A stretch of DNA of 64,000 bases. It comes from Podarcis filfolensis. Lineage: Eukaryota. The position numbers and the translations under genes were made by a program. Each line of letters begins with the position of its first letter. Positions within the stretch are counted from its first letter, which is position 1. The stretch lies in NCBI GenBank assembly GCA_964270895.1, contig OZ185445.1; one strand, given 5' to 3'. The notes under the pieces are model-generated. The model saw nothing but the letters and a program-made list of their open reading frames with translations. It was not told where the DNA came from and ran no database searches. Shown one piece after another: positions 28,301 through 43,300 of the stretch.

Positions 28301-31300
28301 TTAAAGTGTATTTGCAAACTGAAGTAACTCTTGTACATGAAAATGGCTTTGGGTTAAATTCAGCTATATGCAACTCAAAATACAGTTGATAAATTCAGCT
28401 ATATGTAATTCAAAATGTAGTTGGCTTGGAATATGGAAATGCCCTGCTTCATTTCCAGTAACAAGAACTTATATCAATATATTCTAAAATACTAGTGTCT
28501 GCCTTATTTATTTATTTATTTATGAAAATCTATATCCCTCCTTTCTGTTGCTGTAAAAATACTCAAGGCAGCTTTCATCAATTAAAAATATACTAAATAA
28601 GCATATCCAACAAACAGTAGAAGCAATGAAATACTTTCTGACATTGTCCTTTTTGGGACTTATTTTCCCACGCTCTCTCCTGCCGCACCAGTTTTCTCGG
28701 AAATTTTATATAGCACAGTGGTTTCGGGACACTACTATGGAGACTGAGAAAGCAATGAAAACTCAGAAGGATGATGATTCATCTGAAGGAACACACCATG
28801 CAAAAGAAATCGAGACAACGGGACAAATCATGCACAGAGCAGAAAGTCGCAAAAAATTTCTTCGCAACATCATTAAAACGGCACCTTCTCAGTTCAGTAC
28901 ATTAAGGTGAGTTCCACAGTTAGTTCATTTTTATTTACTAAACAACATTGGGTGTTCATGTATTGCCATATTCTTCTGTTGATAACCAAATGCTAAAGCA
29001 ATATTCTACCACTTCATTACAGGATGAATTCTGATACTGTGGACTATGAAGATGCTTGCTTGATTGTTCGCTACTTGGCCTCTATGAGGCCGTTTGCCCA
29101 GAGCTTCGATATTTATTTGACACAGGTAAACTGTGCCAGAAGTCTTAGTGAAATACAGTTGGCTTCCTGGTTCCAAACGCTTATGCGGTAGTGTGCAATA
29201 TCTGTTCATTGTTAAGCGCAGGTATTTAATAGGTCGTGGTAACACCACATGCTTCCATAATTATGTATCAATTCCACAACATTTTTCTTTATCCTGCATG
29301 CATTTCACACCTCCTTGAACTCTTTATTTCATCTGTTCATTTTTGTAACAAGAACCTTAAGTTAAAAAGGTGTCTTAAAAGGATAATGGTCCTTTGCCTA
29401 CATATACTTTATTTGCATTCTTGAATTTTAAGGCTATTACCTCATAAAGTGTATATTCACACATCATAGTAGAGCAGCTTAATAACTCAGAATAGAAAAT
29501 AGTTTTAGTAGTTTGCTTGCAGTGCATGGTACTGCCATGATGAATGTCGTAATTTAGTAGCTTGATTATATTAATACTTAATAGGAATGCAAGCATGTTT
29601 GAATGGGTCACCACGTTAGGCCTCCAGAAATACAAGCGTACTCCTACTTTGTTTAATTTTTTGGCCTTCATTGTGGTTCTTGACCAGAGTGGATTAAAAA
29701 AGCAGAAAGAGTAATGAAATAGCTACTATGGAGGACTTGATCCAAAATTATCACAAAAAAATCAAAAGAAAACACATACTTAGATGCCTCTTTAACGAAG
29801 GCATTATCAACAAGCAATCAGTCATATTTTATATCACTCTGGGCACAATCCACCTAACATTGCTATTGCACAGCCTCCATTCATTTCAAGGGGAGGCCCT
29901 CCACAAATCCACTTACCGCGGCAAATGTCCCTCACCTAGGCTCAGTGCTGTGGCCTAGATGTTCTCTTTACCTTCTCCCTGACCATATTTGATACAAGCA
30001 GCCAAGGCTCACTGTAGTGAGTTCCAGTGCACTGCTGCATCTGCCCAACAGTGCTATAGACAGGATAGTCTATTTTCCTGGCCCCAAAATCATGCATCTT
30101 TGGTGAGGAGGAAGTGCTTTCTCTGTGATGGCCAATGAAAATCCTACCCTCTTACAGTTCAGCCAGCCGTAATATTCTCTGGAGTGGTCTTCAGTTCACA
30201 TCATTCTTGAGAAGTGTCACAGGTAATGGATGCACCTGCCCACCCCATAAGTGAATCAAGTGGGACACAGGGTGCCCCTACCCAGTCTCCTTTTGGAATA
30301 AGCTGGGCTTTGGAGCAGGCAAACACTTTCTGCTTCTACCAGTTTCAAATGTCAGCAAGACGTAAGGCACCTCTTGCCCCCAGTCCTCCACATATGCAAG
30401 TGTGCACATGTTCAAGGATTTGAAGGAGGGGAATATTGGCTATTTCAGATAATGGCTTGGCTACTGAATTGTGGCAAAACATGTGGACCTTTCACATGGA
30501 GTGAAATGGGGTGGTGCAATTAATATGTTTGACTGAGTGCCCCTTTGGTGAGGTTATGTTAGATTTCTGGTAGCTGGTTTTTCATTTTACTTCAATTCTA
30601 GCATGTTTCCTCACTTCATTTTTGTTCGTTAAACATTGCGTGCTACTTTTCAAAAGCAAATAAAATGCCATTTTTTTTGTTTTCTTATTAGATTCTGCGT
30701 GTGCTTGGTGAAAATGCAATTGCTGTTCGAACAAAAGCCATGAAGTGTTTGTCTGAGGTTGTTGCTGTAGATCCCAGCATTCTAGCCAGGGTAAACAAAG
30801 AAAACACTCTGTAACCATACACACATTTTTCTCACAAGCATCTTTTATGGTTTCCCTCACTTTGTGTTTCTTTTTTGCTTGTTGCTTATAGCTTGACATG
30901 CAACGTGGTGTCCATGGACGGTTGATGGACAATTCCACTAGTGTACGAGAAGCAGCCGTGGAATTACTTGGTCGGTTTGTGCTTTGTCGACCACAGCTTG
31001 CTGAACAGTATTATGACATGCTGATTGAGCGAATACTGGTATGGCTACTTTTAAATTCTAACATTTTATAAGTTCAACTTTTACATAGCTCTTTATGATG
31101 AAAATAAATATGATGGTCCTCTGTTCACCTCTGTTGAAACATAGTTTCTGACATGCATCTCAAATGGCAATACTGAGCATTAAGAAGATTTTTTCTCCAT
31201 TTGTAAGGATTTTACACTAAGTGTTTTAGCTTATTAACCATGGTACCGTGTGGTCATGTTTTAATAGACATTATATTAGCTATCTGTTGCTAATCAGCTT

Positions 31301-34300
31301 ATAGCTGCCCTATGTGTTGTAAGATGGATAACATGCTGATTCCCCCCCCCCCCAATATTAAACTTTTTCTTTCTTTTGCTTCTTCAGGATACTGGTATTA
31401 GTGTCAGAAAAAGAGTCATAAAGATTCTTAGGGATATCTGCATTGAACAACCAACATTTCCCAAAATTACAGAAATGTGTGTGAAAATGATTCGCAGAGT
31501 CAATGATGAAGAAGGCATTAAGGTACAGTAAACAAATCATTTACTACAGGGGTGAGCAGCCCTGAGCAGGTGAGCAGGTGAGCAGGATTAAACACTGTCC
31601 TCATACCCATCAGCTGACATCCTGCCTTAGCAGCATGCCATGACTTCAGCAAATAACAGGATTGTGCAGCCAGGACAGCGGGACTGAGCAGGGATTAAAG
31701 CACTTCTCAAAAGCAGTGTTTGGATCTCCTGTGAGCAGTGGGTGGTTGCTGCTTCAGCAGGGTGGAGGTTGCTTGACTGAGGCTATATTGGTGCTGATTT
31801 CCCTTCCATTCAAGTTGAACTGCTCGTGATGTGTGTCTAGTGGGTTGTGCTTTTTGTAGACTCTTGTTGGTAGTTTAGGGAATGTGGAAAGCTACTTTTA
31901 CCTAATCAATATCTATCCATTTTATTTCCAGAAACTGGTAAATGAGACATTCCAGAAGCTGTGGTTTACTCCAACCCCCCATAATGACAAAGAAGCAATG
32001 ACCAGGAAAATATTGAACATTACAGATGTGGTATGAGAGTGCTATTGTTCCCATTGACTAATGTATCAATTGTGATAAATTGAGTTGTATCTGACGTGTT
32101 CTAATTTTCTTATTGTCCTTGACATGATTGGTGATTATACTCTGTCCCTAAGTGTTGGTTTATTCTTTAAAGTCTGCCAGTTCTCATACTGTAGTGCTCA
32201 AGCAAATGTTGCAGTTTGTAGCACAATACTCTGGGTTTTTAGTGAGGTTCCCTATAACTGATCAACTATTCTAGTATGGCATGTATGTAGGATTGAAGTT
32301 GATTAAGTAAACATAAAGTTAAATGGATTCGAATATTTTCAAGAGAGTTTAACAATACTCCTGCAGTACAGTGGTACCTTGAGTTACAAATGCCTCAGGT
32401 TACAAATGCCTCAGGTTACAAACTCCGCTAACCTGAAAGAGTTACTTCGAGTTGCCCCACGATGAGAACGGAAATCGTGTGCCAGCGGCACAGCGGCAGC
32501 AAGAGGCCCCATTAGCGGAAGCACGCCTATAGTTAAGAACAGTTTCAGGTTAAGAATGGACCTCCGGAATGAATTAAGTTCGTAACTAGAGGTACTACTG
32601 TACTTACAATATTTTTATAGTTTTCATTTATATAAAGCAGATTTCGTGTTTATTTGAAATTGTTTCCAAAAACATATTTGGTCTGCATTGGACTTACATT
32701 GATGATTAATGAACTTAGATGGTGTTTCAAATATTTGAGATGCTATTCAGAAACCTATTAGTACTATGAATGAGCATGTCACTTTACAGAGCCTAACAGG
32801 AAAGAGGTCCCTGCTTCAAAAATACTGTAGGTTAGACAGAGTGAAGGGACAGTAACATAAAGCAATAGTCATAAGGTTAGAAAAAACTTACATTTGATAT
32901 ATTACTATTGTGGGTGGTGCTGTAGTCTAAACCACTGAGCCTCTTGGGCTTGCCAATAGAAGGTCGGCAGCTTGAATCTGCACGACAGGATGAGCTCCCG
33001 TTGCTCTCTCCCAGCTTCTGCCAACCCAGCAGTTCTGAAGCACACTAGTGCAATTAGATAAATAGGTACCACTGCGGTGGGAAGGTAAATGGAGTTTACG
33101 TGCGTTCTGGCTTCCTTCATGGTGTTCTGTTGTGCCAGAAGCGGTTTAGTCATGCTGGCCACATGACCCGGAAAGCTGTCTGTGGACAAACACTGACTCC
33201 CTTGGCCTGAAGCGAGATGAAAGCCACACCCCATAGTCACCTTTGACTGGACTTAACTGTCCAGGAGCCCTTTACCTTTTCTTATTGATGTTTTAATATT
33301 AGCATAGGTTACTGTTGAAAAGTTACATGCAAGTGTATTTTCATTTTCTCTTAGGTCGCAGCTTGTAGAGATACAGGGTATGATTGGTTTGAACAGCTTC
33401 TTCAAAATGTAAGTAACTGTTCAGATAACTTATTTTTTTCAAAAATGGAACTCCCTCAGTTTGAGGTTTATACTGAATGGGGTGGGCTGTGGAATGGTAA
33501 TTTGAAGATGAAGGTGGATTCTTGAGGTTGTTTCCAGAAATAGGAGCAAGACCTTTTTGGGAAGCCATTTTGGAGAGGGGGTTGCCAGGAGGGTGTGAGG
33601 AAAGTCACCCTCCTCCAACCCCATTACACGCACTTTTCTTTTGTTCCAGTGCACTGCTTTCAAATTATTGGCCTATTGACAGTTGCTTCCCATGTGTGGC
33701 AGAAATATAGTTCTTTGCTTTCTTATGAAGATGGCTTGTATATTCTCAGAATCTATCCATGAGTATCAACATTGTCCATATTGTGTATCTTTGTAGTTGC
33801 TAAAATCTGAAGAAGATGCTTCATATAAGCCTGTAAAGAAAGCCTGTACTCAGCTTGTGGATAATTTGGTTGAACACATTCTGAAGTATGAAGAATCTCT
33901 GGCAGGTAAAACAGTTATTTGCATTCCATTCATAAGCTTTGTAGAATTTTTTGTGGGTACCAGAGCTCCAGGTGGAATTCAAATTACTCTTCCACATGAC
34001 TGTACGAATTATTTTAGAAGTGTGTTCATATATAAACCTCATGTAGTGAGGTGTGTGTGCCTCCAACACTGTTGGCTTTCAGGAGGAATTGGAGAACATT
34101 CCTGTCTACCCAGGCATTTGGTGGCTAAAGAATACTGTAAGGGCCATCCTGAGATCACTGGATGAAATGTTTTTACCTGTAACTTTTTAGATATTTTTAA
34201 CTGTAACTGTTTTAGAATGCTTTTTAAAATTTATTGTGGATGTGTTTGCTGTCTTGGTCCCCTTAGAGGGGAAGAGTGGGATATAAATTTAGTAAATAAA

Positions 34301-37300
34301 ATACACTTGACCATGTGATTGTGTAGCTAGAAAGCAGGTACAGGAGGACCTGTTCACATTGAGAGAAAGCATCTTATGACCCAGCCTTCAGAACCAAATC
34401 CATTACAAAATGAAGCACACAGTGCAGTTTTCTTGTGCACATTTTATGGTCTTAAACTGAATTGCAATAGTTCTGCACTTGTGAAATAAAAACCCATCTA
34501 AATAATGTTCCCATGGAAGCTTTGAGGAAGCAGATGTTGCCATGTCAAACCAGAAAGTAGACAGGAACAGGATAATAGACAGCTCCAAGGGGGCACTGTT
34601 GGATGAAACATTCTCCTCCTAAGGCATCTACACCTTGCTGGTGAAGCTGGCTGGTTTGTTAAAGGGCCCTTGCCTTATTTTGTAGCCTTTGACTTCTGCA
34701 AGATGGAGTCAGAGGAGGATGGTAGCACTGTGCCCTCTGATGGGTGAAGGGGGGCAAATGAGATATTCACAGTTCTCCCCTCCCCAGGAAGCAGCACATG
34801 GACCTGGCCATTGCAAGCAGCTTCGGTTCTAATTCTGCTTGTTGATTTAATTGTCCATAATATATCCAGGACGCACATGATACTAAATAATACTAACAAC
34901 AGTTTTTGTATATTTGAACATCTTAATGGAATATTAGTTAAGTGTGTTTGTGTGTGCATATGTATATACACGTATGCTTACATTTTTTTCTTTATTTTTC
35001 AGATTCCGACAATAAGGGTGTGAATTCAAGTTGCTTGGTAGCTTGCATAACCACTTTGTTCTTATTCAGCAAAATCAGGCCCCAGTTAATGGTCAAACAT
35101 GCCATGACCATGCAGCCATATCTTACCACTAAATGCAGTGTAAGTACTCCCTATTGTTTCCCCACATTGCCTCTGCTTATGTTATATGAAACTCATGATT
35201 TGAAGTGAAAATTGGAAGCAACAAAGTTATTGGCTTTCCCTATTGGCTTTTAGGCACCAGGCCTAGGTAACCTATTTCCAGGGGAATTTGGGGTTGCCCT
35301 GATTTACTCCTTTTTATATATATTGGTTAGCTGCATAGGAAACAGTTGCAAACATCTTGCTGCTTTTAAATTTGCAAACTGGAGATCACGGGTTGGGAAA
35401 AAGGTTGATAGTCCTCTTGTGCCTCAGAAAGCATTCCTTTTCAGGCAGATGACTCTTCTTTAATTCAGGGTAGTTTCAAACCTTATGTGCCCGATAAGTT
35501 TGCATGGTCTCCAATACTTCCCTTGGCAAATGGGTAAAGTGTGATAACATGCAGAGTGTGTGTGTACACATCAGAAGGGACCTTATTAGACAAATATCTA
35601 CATGTTAGTCATATATGCTTTTTATGTTTGCTGCAGGGCAGTTTCAGTTCCAGTTATGGAGATGGTTTCCATGCCCCACCCCCCAGTAAGCCTACCTCCT
35701 CACTGCAGCAGGTCTAGGGGGCCCTTTACAGTGAGCTCTGTTGGGTGTTGGCCCTTGTCATATGCCCATTTGTGTCAACCCTTGCTGATGCTAGTTTAAC
35801 ATTTATTTATTTATTTATAATAAAGTTGCTAGCTGTTTAAACTCACATACTGGCAACTGTTTTTTCTATCTGCAATATAATTTTTAATATTCCATTCAAG
35901 GTGTATTTGTAAACAGATGGAATTGATCACTAGGAGTGATTGTTACTCACTTTATTCAGATAACGTAGTAGTATAACAGAACATGAAGAGTGTAGAAGCT
36001 TAACCATATGCAATGTTTTTCTGTAGAGTCAAAATGATTTCATGGTGATCTGCAACGTTGCAAAAATTTTAGAATTAGTAGTGCCACTGATGGAACATCC
36101 GAGTGAGACTTTCCTTGCTACTATTGAAGAAGATCTCATGAAGCTTATAATCAAATATGGCATGACAGTAAGGTTTAATTTCTACCTCAAACTCATTTTG
36201 CATTAGCATGGTACTCATGTTAAATATGACTTGACTTCATATTTTTGTAATGGTTTTTACTGCACTTTATTTGCATTAGTCTTCTTATAGAGATGTTAGT
36301 TTTTGTATAGAAAAGAAAGCTAGAAATATAGTAGAATAAAATTGTATTCTCATAATAGCCGCAGAGCTTTCAGCTTTTGACATTTGCTAAAATAAGAGCA
36401 AGATGTTGATTTCTCCACTGACTGCTTTGTATTGTCTTAGAGATTACTTCTAACAAAATCTAATGTGTTCTGCTTTGTTTCTAGGTAGTGCAACACTGTG
36501 TCAGCTGTCTTGGGGCTGTTGTAAACAAGGTCACTCAGAATTACAAATTTGTATGGGCCTGCTTTAATAGATACTATGGTAAGTAAATTTTTATGCAGAA
36601 TTTTCATTATTTGAAAGTTAATTAAACATCTAATAGGAAAAGAAACTATGAAGACAAGTATTCTTCATTTTTTGCAGGTGCACTTTCAAAATTAAAAAGT
36701 CAACATCAAGAAGACCCAAACAGCACTATACTTACAGCAAATAAACCAGCACTCCTTAGATCCCTTTTCACTGTTGGTGCACTGTGTCGGCATTTTGATT
36801 TTGATCAAGAAGATTTTAAAGGCAACAGCAAGGTAAACATTCAGTATTTATTTGCTTACTACTACATTTGGATAGACTGACATTTTGGGGAAAAATAAAC
36901 TTAGATGAGCAGATTTTCCTATGTGATTACTTTTTAAATGAATGAAAATTTTCTCAAGCTTTTCCCCCTGAATTATCCACATTGTTTCCCCTTTAAATAG
37001 GTTAACATTAAGGATAAAGTACTTGAGCTGCTGATGTATTTTACCAAACATTCAGATGAGGAGGTACAAACAAAAGCCATTATTGGTCTAGGTAAGAACA
37101 TCAAAATACTGTGGTATTAGATGCACACAGATTTGCCTATGGTGGAATTCTGCTACCAAAGTTTGGTTGATGGAAGTAGGAAAGAGAGCTTCTGCTGATT
37201 TCTGCTTTCCCCTGCAGCCTCCTACATGCCCCTCCATCTGCTCCAGAGAGTTGGTGGATGGCAGGTGGAATTGGAAATTTGCAAGGGAAAGGGGAAATTG

Positions 37301-40300
37301 GTGGGAAAATGCCTCCTGTCCCCTCCTCCAGAAGTAACCTGCACTGGATTCAAGTTGCTTTGATGAATAGCAGTTACCTTTGCATTTGTTGAACAGACAC
37401 TCAGGATTACTTATGAGTTCTTGGTTATGATGATTCAGAGCAATTGCTATTTAAATATAGGCAGTGACCATTTTGTGCTGACATGAGGTCCTTTTGGATC
37501 CAGAAGGGGGCGGAACAGGGGCAGGACAGGATAATATGCACTCTGCTGACACACACAGGGGCCAGGAATGGAACCCCTATGCAGAATTCTCGCCACCTGT
37601 ACAGTATTCCATGAGGATTTACTTCTGTGTTGAGATAGATTATTGTAAGAGTTTGATTCTATGCAAGCAAGTTTTACACTTCAGATAAATTCTAATGCTT
37701 CTAAAATGGGTTAGTACCCACTTTATGTATCTATATACTTTTTGTGTCCTATCGTAAGGCAGCTGATACTATTCCACAATTTGGCACAGTATCTTTTCAA
37801 AAGGAATTTGAAATAAAGTTGCCTGCAAATATGAATGTGGCCCCATTATAAACACTCAGGACTTTCTTTTAAAATCTGCTTCAGTAAAAGGATATACCAA
37901 ATTGTATCATCTTATTTTCTTTCAGGCTTTGCATTCATACAACACCCAGGTCTAATGTTTGAACAAGAAGTGAAAACATTATACAACAGCATACTCTCTG
38001 ATAAGAACAGCTCAGTAAACTTAAAAATCCAGGTGTTAAAAAATCTCCAAACATACCTCCAAGAGGAAGATACACGGATGCAGCAGGCAGATAGAGAATG
38101 TGAGTGATGAGCCTTGTTGCACTTTAAGTAAACATTTTAAAGAAGTAATTAATATCAAGTAACTGCAACTTAGTTTTCAGTTCCATCTCTGATGTTGTTT
38201 TCACAAAGAGCTTTCTGTGCATTGAAAATTTACAGATAATGGGATAACAAATTAGGAAAGATCTATACGTGCAGCAGAATGAAATGGTTGAATGCAGTTT
38301 AAGCAGTAAACCTCAGGTGTATAATCACATTTTGAATGCACCCCCAAAGTAAAAACATATTTGCAAGAAGAAAAGTGGCATAGCAGTGAAAGGGCTGTGC
38401 CAGAACCGTATGTGTGTTGCTTTTCAGAGAAGGTTTCTTGAGAGGGAGCATTAAAAGCATAGCAACTACCACCTGGAGTATGAAGTGGTACAGTCTGCTC
38501 TTCCACTTTAGCCTTTTTCATATGTAGAAAAGGACTTAAACAATGGCTGTTAAAAGTAGTTTCTCCATCATTGGAGGCAGCTACCCTGGAGTGGATTACT
38601 CCTCCCACTTGCTTCAGCAGGCGGGGCTTATGCAAATTATTCAAAGAACCTTTGTCAATGGCAGTTGCAAAAGTAACTGCTGTTTTCCAGTTTCTCACCT
38701 ACTTGCTCTAGAGTGATGGAGCTTCTGAGGAGCTCTGGCTCAGTTTTCAACGATACTTAGATTTTTTTCGAGCAATTGCTTCAAACTTTTCCTTCCCTCC
38801 TAAACTTGGAATTGGTGGCAGTTTCTTTTAGAAGAAAGACTTGTATGGATAGTTAAACTAGAAGGCACTTCCCCTTCCAGTCTTTCTGCTACCTCTGTAG
38901 TAAACCACAACAGAAATGATATTGTGTGGTTTCATATCCTGAAATAAGCAATGCTTTTCTCCTGTAGCGGTAATGAAACTTTAAGCATTTGCAGCTGAAA
39001 ACAACCAAGAAGTTTATGCGCCTCCATGTTTTTGACACAGGTATCAAGCTTGGGCTTAAACTGTATCTTTTGATCTTCAGCGGTGATGGTGTTTCTCAAG
39101 AGGCCTTTCAGTCATCCCAGTTAGTGAGGAGGCACATGCTGAAATGTTGTCATGTTATGCTGATGAAATGAGTTAGTAGGGAAGAAGGAGATGCTGTTTC
39201 TGTATTTCCAGCAAAGCATACAAATATTGGACCAGGGATTTGGTTAGGAAGGAGTTAAGCAGTACCACTAAAAAATTGCTGCCCACAGGCTGTTTCCAAC
39301 CTGTGTTCCATATAGTAGGAAAAACCATATACTTGTATGTATATAATGTGATAAAAAGTGTTGATAAAACATCTCCTTTGGTTTCTGTTTTTTTCATAGG
39401 GAAAAAGGTAGCAAAGCAGGAAGATCTGAAAGAAATGGGTGATATTTCCTCAGGGATGAGCAGCTCTATCATGCAGCTCTATCTCAAACAGGTCCTTGAG
39501 GCATTCTTTCACACGCAGTCCAGCGTTCGTCATTTCGCACTCAATGTTATTGCACTGACATTAAACCAGGGTCTTATCCATCCAGTTCAGGTATGCAATT
39601 GCATAATTTGGGCTGCTATCCTATATACACCTGCTTTGGAGTAAAATAAAAAAACGTATTCACAAAAACCTTTTGCACTTCTTAATCTGCAAATTGATTT
39701 ACGTTTTCAGTAATACATCAATGAGCTGTTTATTTGCAGACTTATAGACAATGACACAGGAACTGGTGGTTTTCTTTCATAGAATCTATAATCTCTTAAG
39801 AGGTGCTCCAGAAAAGGTTCAAAGTTTCAAAAACTACCACCTGGTTAAACTGTTGTGCTATTATTTGAGTGACTTCGTCAGATATTTTTGTTTCTACTTT
39901 GCGGTTCTTAACTGAAATCAAGAAGTAAATTACACAGTTTTCACAGTGTAGCTCTGTGGTGTTCACATAGCCTTTCCAGACCTCTTTTTATGGTGCTCTG
40001 CAGGCTATGGATATTTGTAGCATGTCAAACATGTACAATATAAAAGGAGGAAAATATAGACATCTGCAGGCATATGTGAAGATTTTACAATGTTTCTATC
40101 TCTCTTTCAGTGTGTGCCATACTTAATAGCTATGGGCACAGATCCAGAGCCTTCTATGAGGAACAAAGCAGACCAGCAGCTGGTGGAGATTGACAAAAAA
40201 TATGCTGGATTTATTCATGTATGTATGCTTCTGTTTGTTGTGCTTATTTTTGTTCCTTTCCAGTGAAGCCATTCAGTAATTACTTCCAAAATGGGGAACC

Positions 40301-43300
40301 AACCAACAAACCAGTCATTTATTATATGGTCACAGACCTGCTAATAAAATGGGGAACAGTGGTGGAATGTATTTACTGACTAGGATCTTCAAGTACAATT
40401 TGATCTGGCGTTAAATCCTGTTTTGGAAGTAATGACCAACTGTAGTTTACATTTATCAAGATCTGTGCACAGGGAAGAGATGATGCCTGATGCGCAATCC
40501 TAGCTTGCTAAATTGTGGTTAACAAACTGGGAATGTAGATATGAACTCTGCCTCAATTCACAGTATAACAAAAATGCTTGCATTGCAACTACAGTAGCTT
40601 TGGAAAACACACATATATTTTCTCTTCCTTGGCCTAGAAAGTCTACAAATATTAAAAACACAAATAATCCCCCTAACTGCAACATGTATACCAATGTGTC
40701 AAAATTGTGCATGTTTGCTATAAAAAAAGCAAATGATTTGTAAATTGTTCAGTAGAAAGCTATTGGGGAAACTGAAACAGGTAACTTTGAGCTCAAATCT
40801 TTGTGGCAACCTCTTTCTGTTTGTCCTAAGCAAAATGAAGACTTATAAATGTTTTTAACTTCAGATGAAAGCAGTGGCTGGTATGAAGATGTCATACCAG
40901 GTGCAGCAAGCAATCAACACTTGCCGTAAAGATCCTGTGAGGGGCTTTAGGCATGATGAATCCAGCAGTGCTTTGTGCTCACACCTTTACTCCATGATCC
41001 GAGGAAACCGACAACACCGACGAGCCTTTCTCATTTCCTTACTCAACCTCTTTGATGACACAGCTGTGAGTCTAATGCAGACCTTTTCTATACTCTTTTT
41101 AAAAAGTGCTTTTGATGAAGTATGATCTGCTTTGGAGAGAATATTTGGTTTTGAAAATAGTATAAAAGTTGCAGTATAATATCTACATAGAAATTAAGTA
41201 GTGACATGTTGAATTTTGGCATTTTTTTTAATTCTTTCATTGTCTTGAGCAGCCGTCCCCAATCATGTGCCCTCCAGATGTTTTAGACTACAATTCCCAT
41301 CATCCTTAACCTTTGGTTATGCTAGCTGGGGTTGATGAGAATCCAAAACATCTGGAGGGCACCAGGTTGGGGGAGGCTGGCCTGGAGAATTGCTAACAAA
41401 AATGAAGATGCATTCCCCCTACACAGTGCTAAACTTGATTCAATAATATTTATAGGTTTTCCTAAATGCGGGATTCCATCCTTAGGGTTAACAAGGCAGT
41501 TGCTTGGTCAGATTTGAGTTTTCACTTCTTCTCCTTGACAGGAGTGAAACCCATCCCTCTCTCTTCCCAGAATGCTTTGTGGCTTTCCTGGTTCATCTTA
41601 GCTTCCTTCCAATGCCAAAAGAGCTCTCTGTTTTTTTTGGCACAGCCCCTGTATTTATAGATGGAGTGGGTAGAGGCACCAGGAGACAGAATCCATTCCT
41701 TCTGTGATGTTTCAGTGGCTACAATTGCAAGAGCTTTTCATGCTCACAACTTGGAATAGGCATAATGGTTTGTATTCAAAGTAGTGGGAATCCACTACTT
41801 TGCCTTTGCACAACGGAATCTCCTCCATGCCGTCTAAATGTGCCAACTCTGTAGGGCTGAGATGTCTTCAGCCACCCCCCAAAAAAGAATCTATTGGGAC
41901 AGGGCTCAGCCTACCAATCTTGAGGGGCCAGGTCTTGCAATGATGGTCGGCCTTGCGGCACACGCGATGAAACACGTGGAAATCCCCCCTCCCCAAAAAA
42001 ATGTTGGGTGGAACTCACTGGATACTGTATTCAAGGAGCAAGAATGTGGCATGGAGCTCATTGAGCACAGAAATGATTGTATATGTGTATCTGTCTATTA
42101 TTATTTTCTTCTACTTCCACAGAAAACGGAGGTGAATCAGCTTTTGTACATAGCAGACAATCTAGCCTGTTTTCCTTACCAAACCCAGGAAGAGCCACTT
42201 TTTATAATGCACCATATAGACATCACATTATCAGTTTCTGGTAGTAACCTTCTCCAGTCATTTAAGGAGGTAAGTGGAATTATATTATACAACATTACCT
42301 CCCTCTTCCACAAAAATAGCTGTTTACTTGGCCGTTTTCCTATGTCCTGAGGGCTGAAATTTCAATTCAGTGGAGCTGGGTCAAGATATTAACTAATATG
42401 CATGAAATTTCAGATATAGCTATATAATCCCTAGTTTAGTAAGATAAGACCTTCGGAGCAGGCACTTAAAAAAAAAAAAAAAGTTTATGAACCACCCTAC
42501 TGCCCTATACTCCACTGGGCTTCCTGGGTCCTGGAAAGTCTCTTATGTGAAGAAAATGAGACTAGGCCAAGTAGATTAGGCCTTGCCTTGCCTTCACCCC
42601 ATCCCCTGCGTGCAGCCGATTTTTCTTCATTTTATCGCTGTGGGTGTTTTCTTTGTTTTGTCTCGGTAAACCACTTTGCAGGTTTTTTAAAAATAAATTT
42701 TATTAAATAAATAAACAATAAATAAATATAAGCCAAAACACAACCCATCCTGTAGATTTAAGTATCTGTCCATAGTTGACTAGTTGTTAGAGGCCCAGAA
42801 TCCACATTCCTTTGTAAGAAAATATGAAATAACGGAAAACTATTTTTGCAGGGGGGAAAAGAAAAGAAAAAAAAATCAATGGTGGGGGAGTGACAATGAA
42901 CCCTATTGCTGTTTTCCGAATGTGCCATGAATCTTGTGCCTACCAGCTGGGGCCCTGCACCCCCACTGCAGATTTACCACCCATACATTAAAAAAGAAAT
43001 GCTGCAACCATGTAAGGGGCTGCTGATAATCAAGTTAAGCAGTCCTTTGTCTTGTAGGATGCATTGACTGTATTCTGAGTTGAATATTTAATAGCTTAGA
43101 TGTGCGTGTAGTTCATCCTTTGAGTCTGCTTTCCCAAAATCTTGCCACTTAATTTCCCTTGATTGATAGTTCATACTGGTGAATGACTACATGTCAGAAC
43201 GGTCTTCAAATCCCTTTTTATAATATATTGATAATGGTGTTTGCTATTTTTCTAAACTACCTGCCATTTTCTTTCAGTCTATGGTGAAATATAAAAAAGA

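Noticed and set aside
29126-29225. Alternative downstream donor (GCGCAG|gtattt) extending NIPBL exon 27 through a stop
   Set aside because: Canonical donor is adequate and matches the expected exon length; no evidence of use
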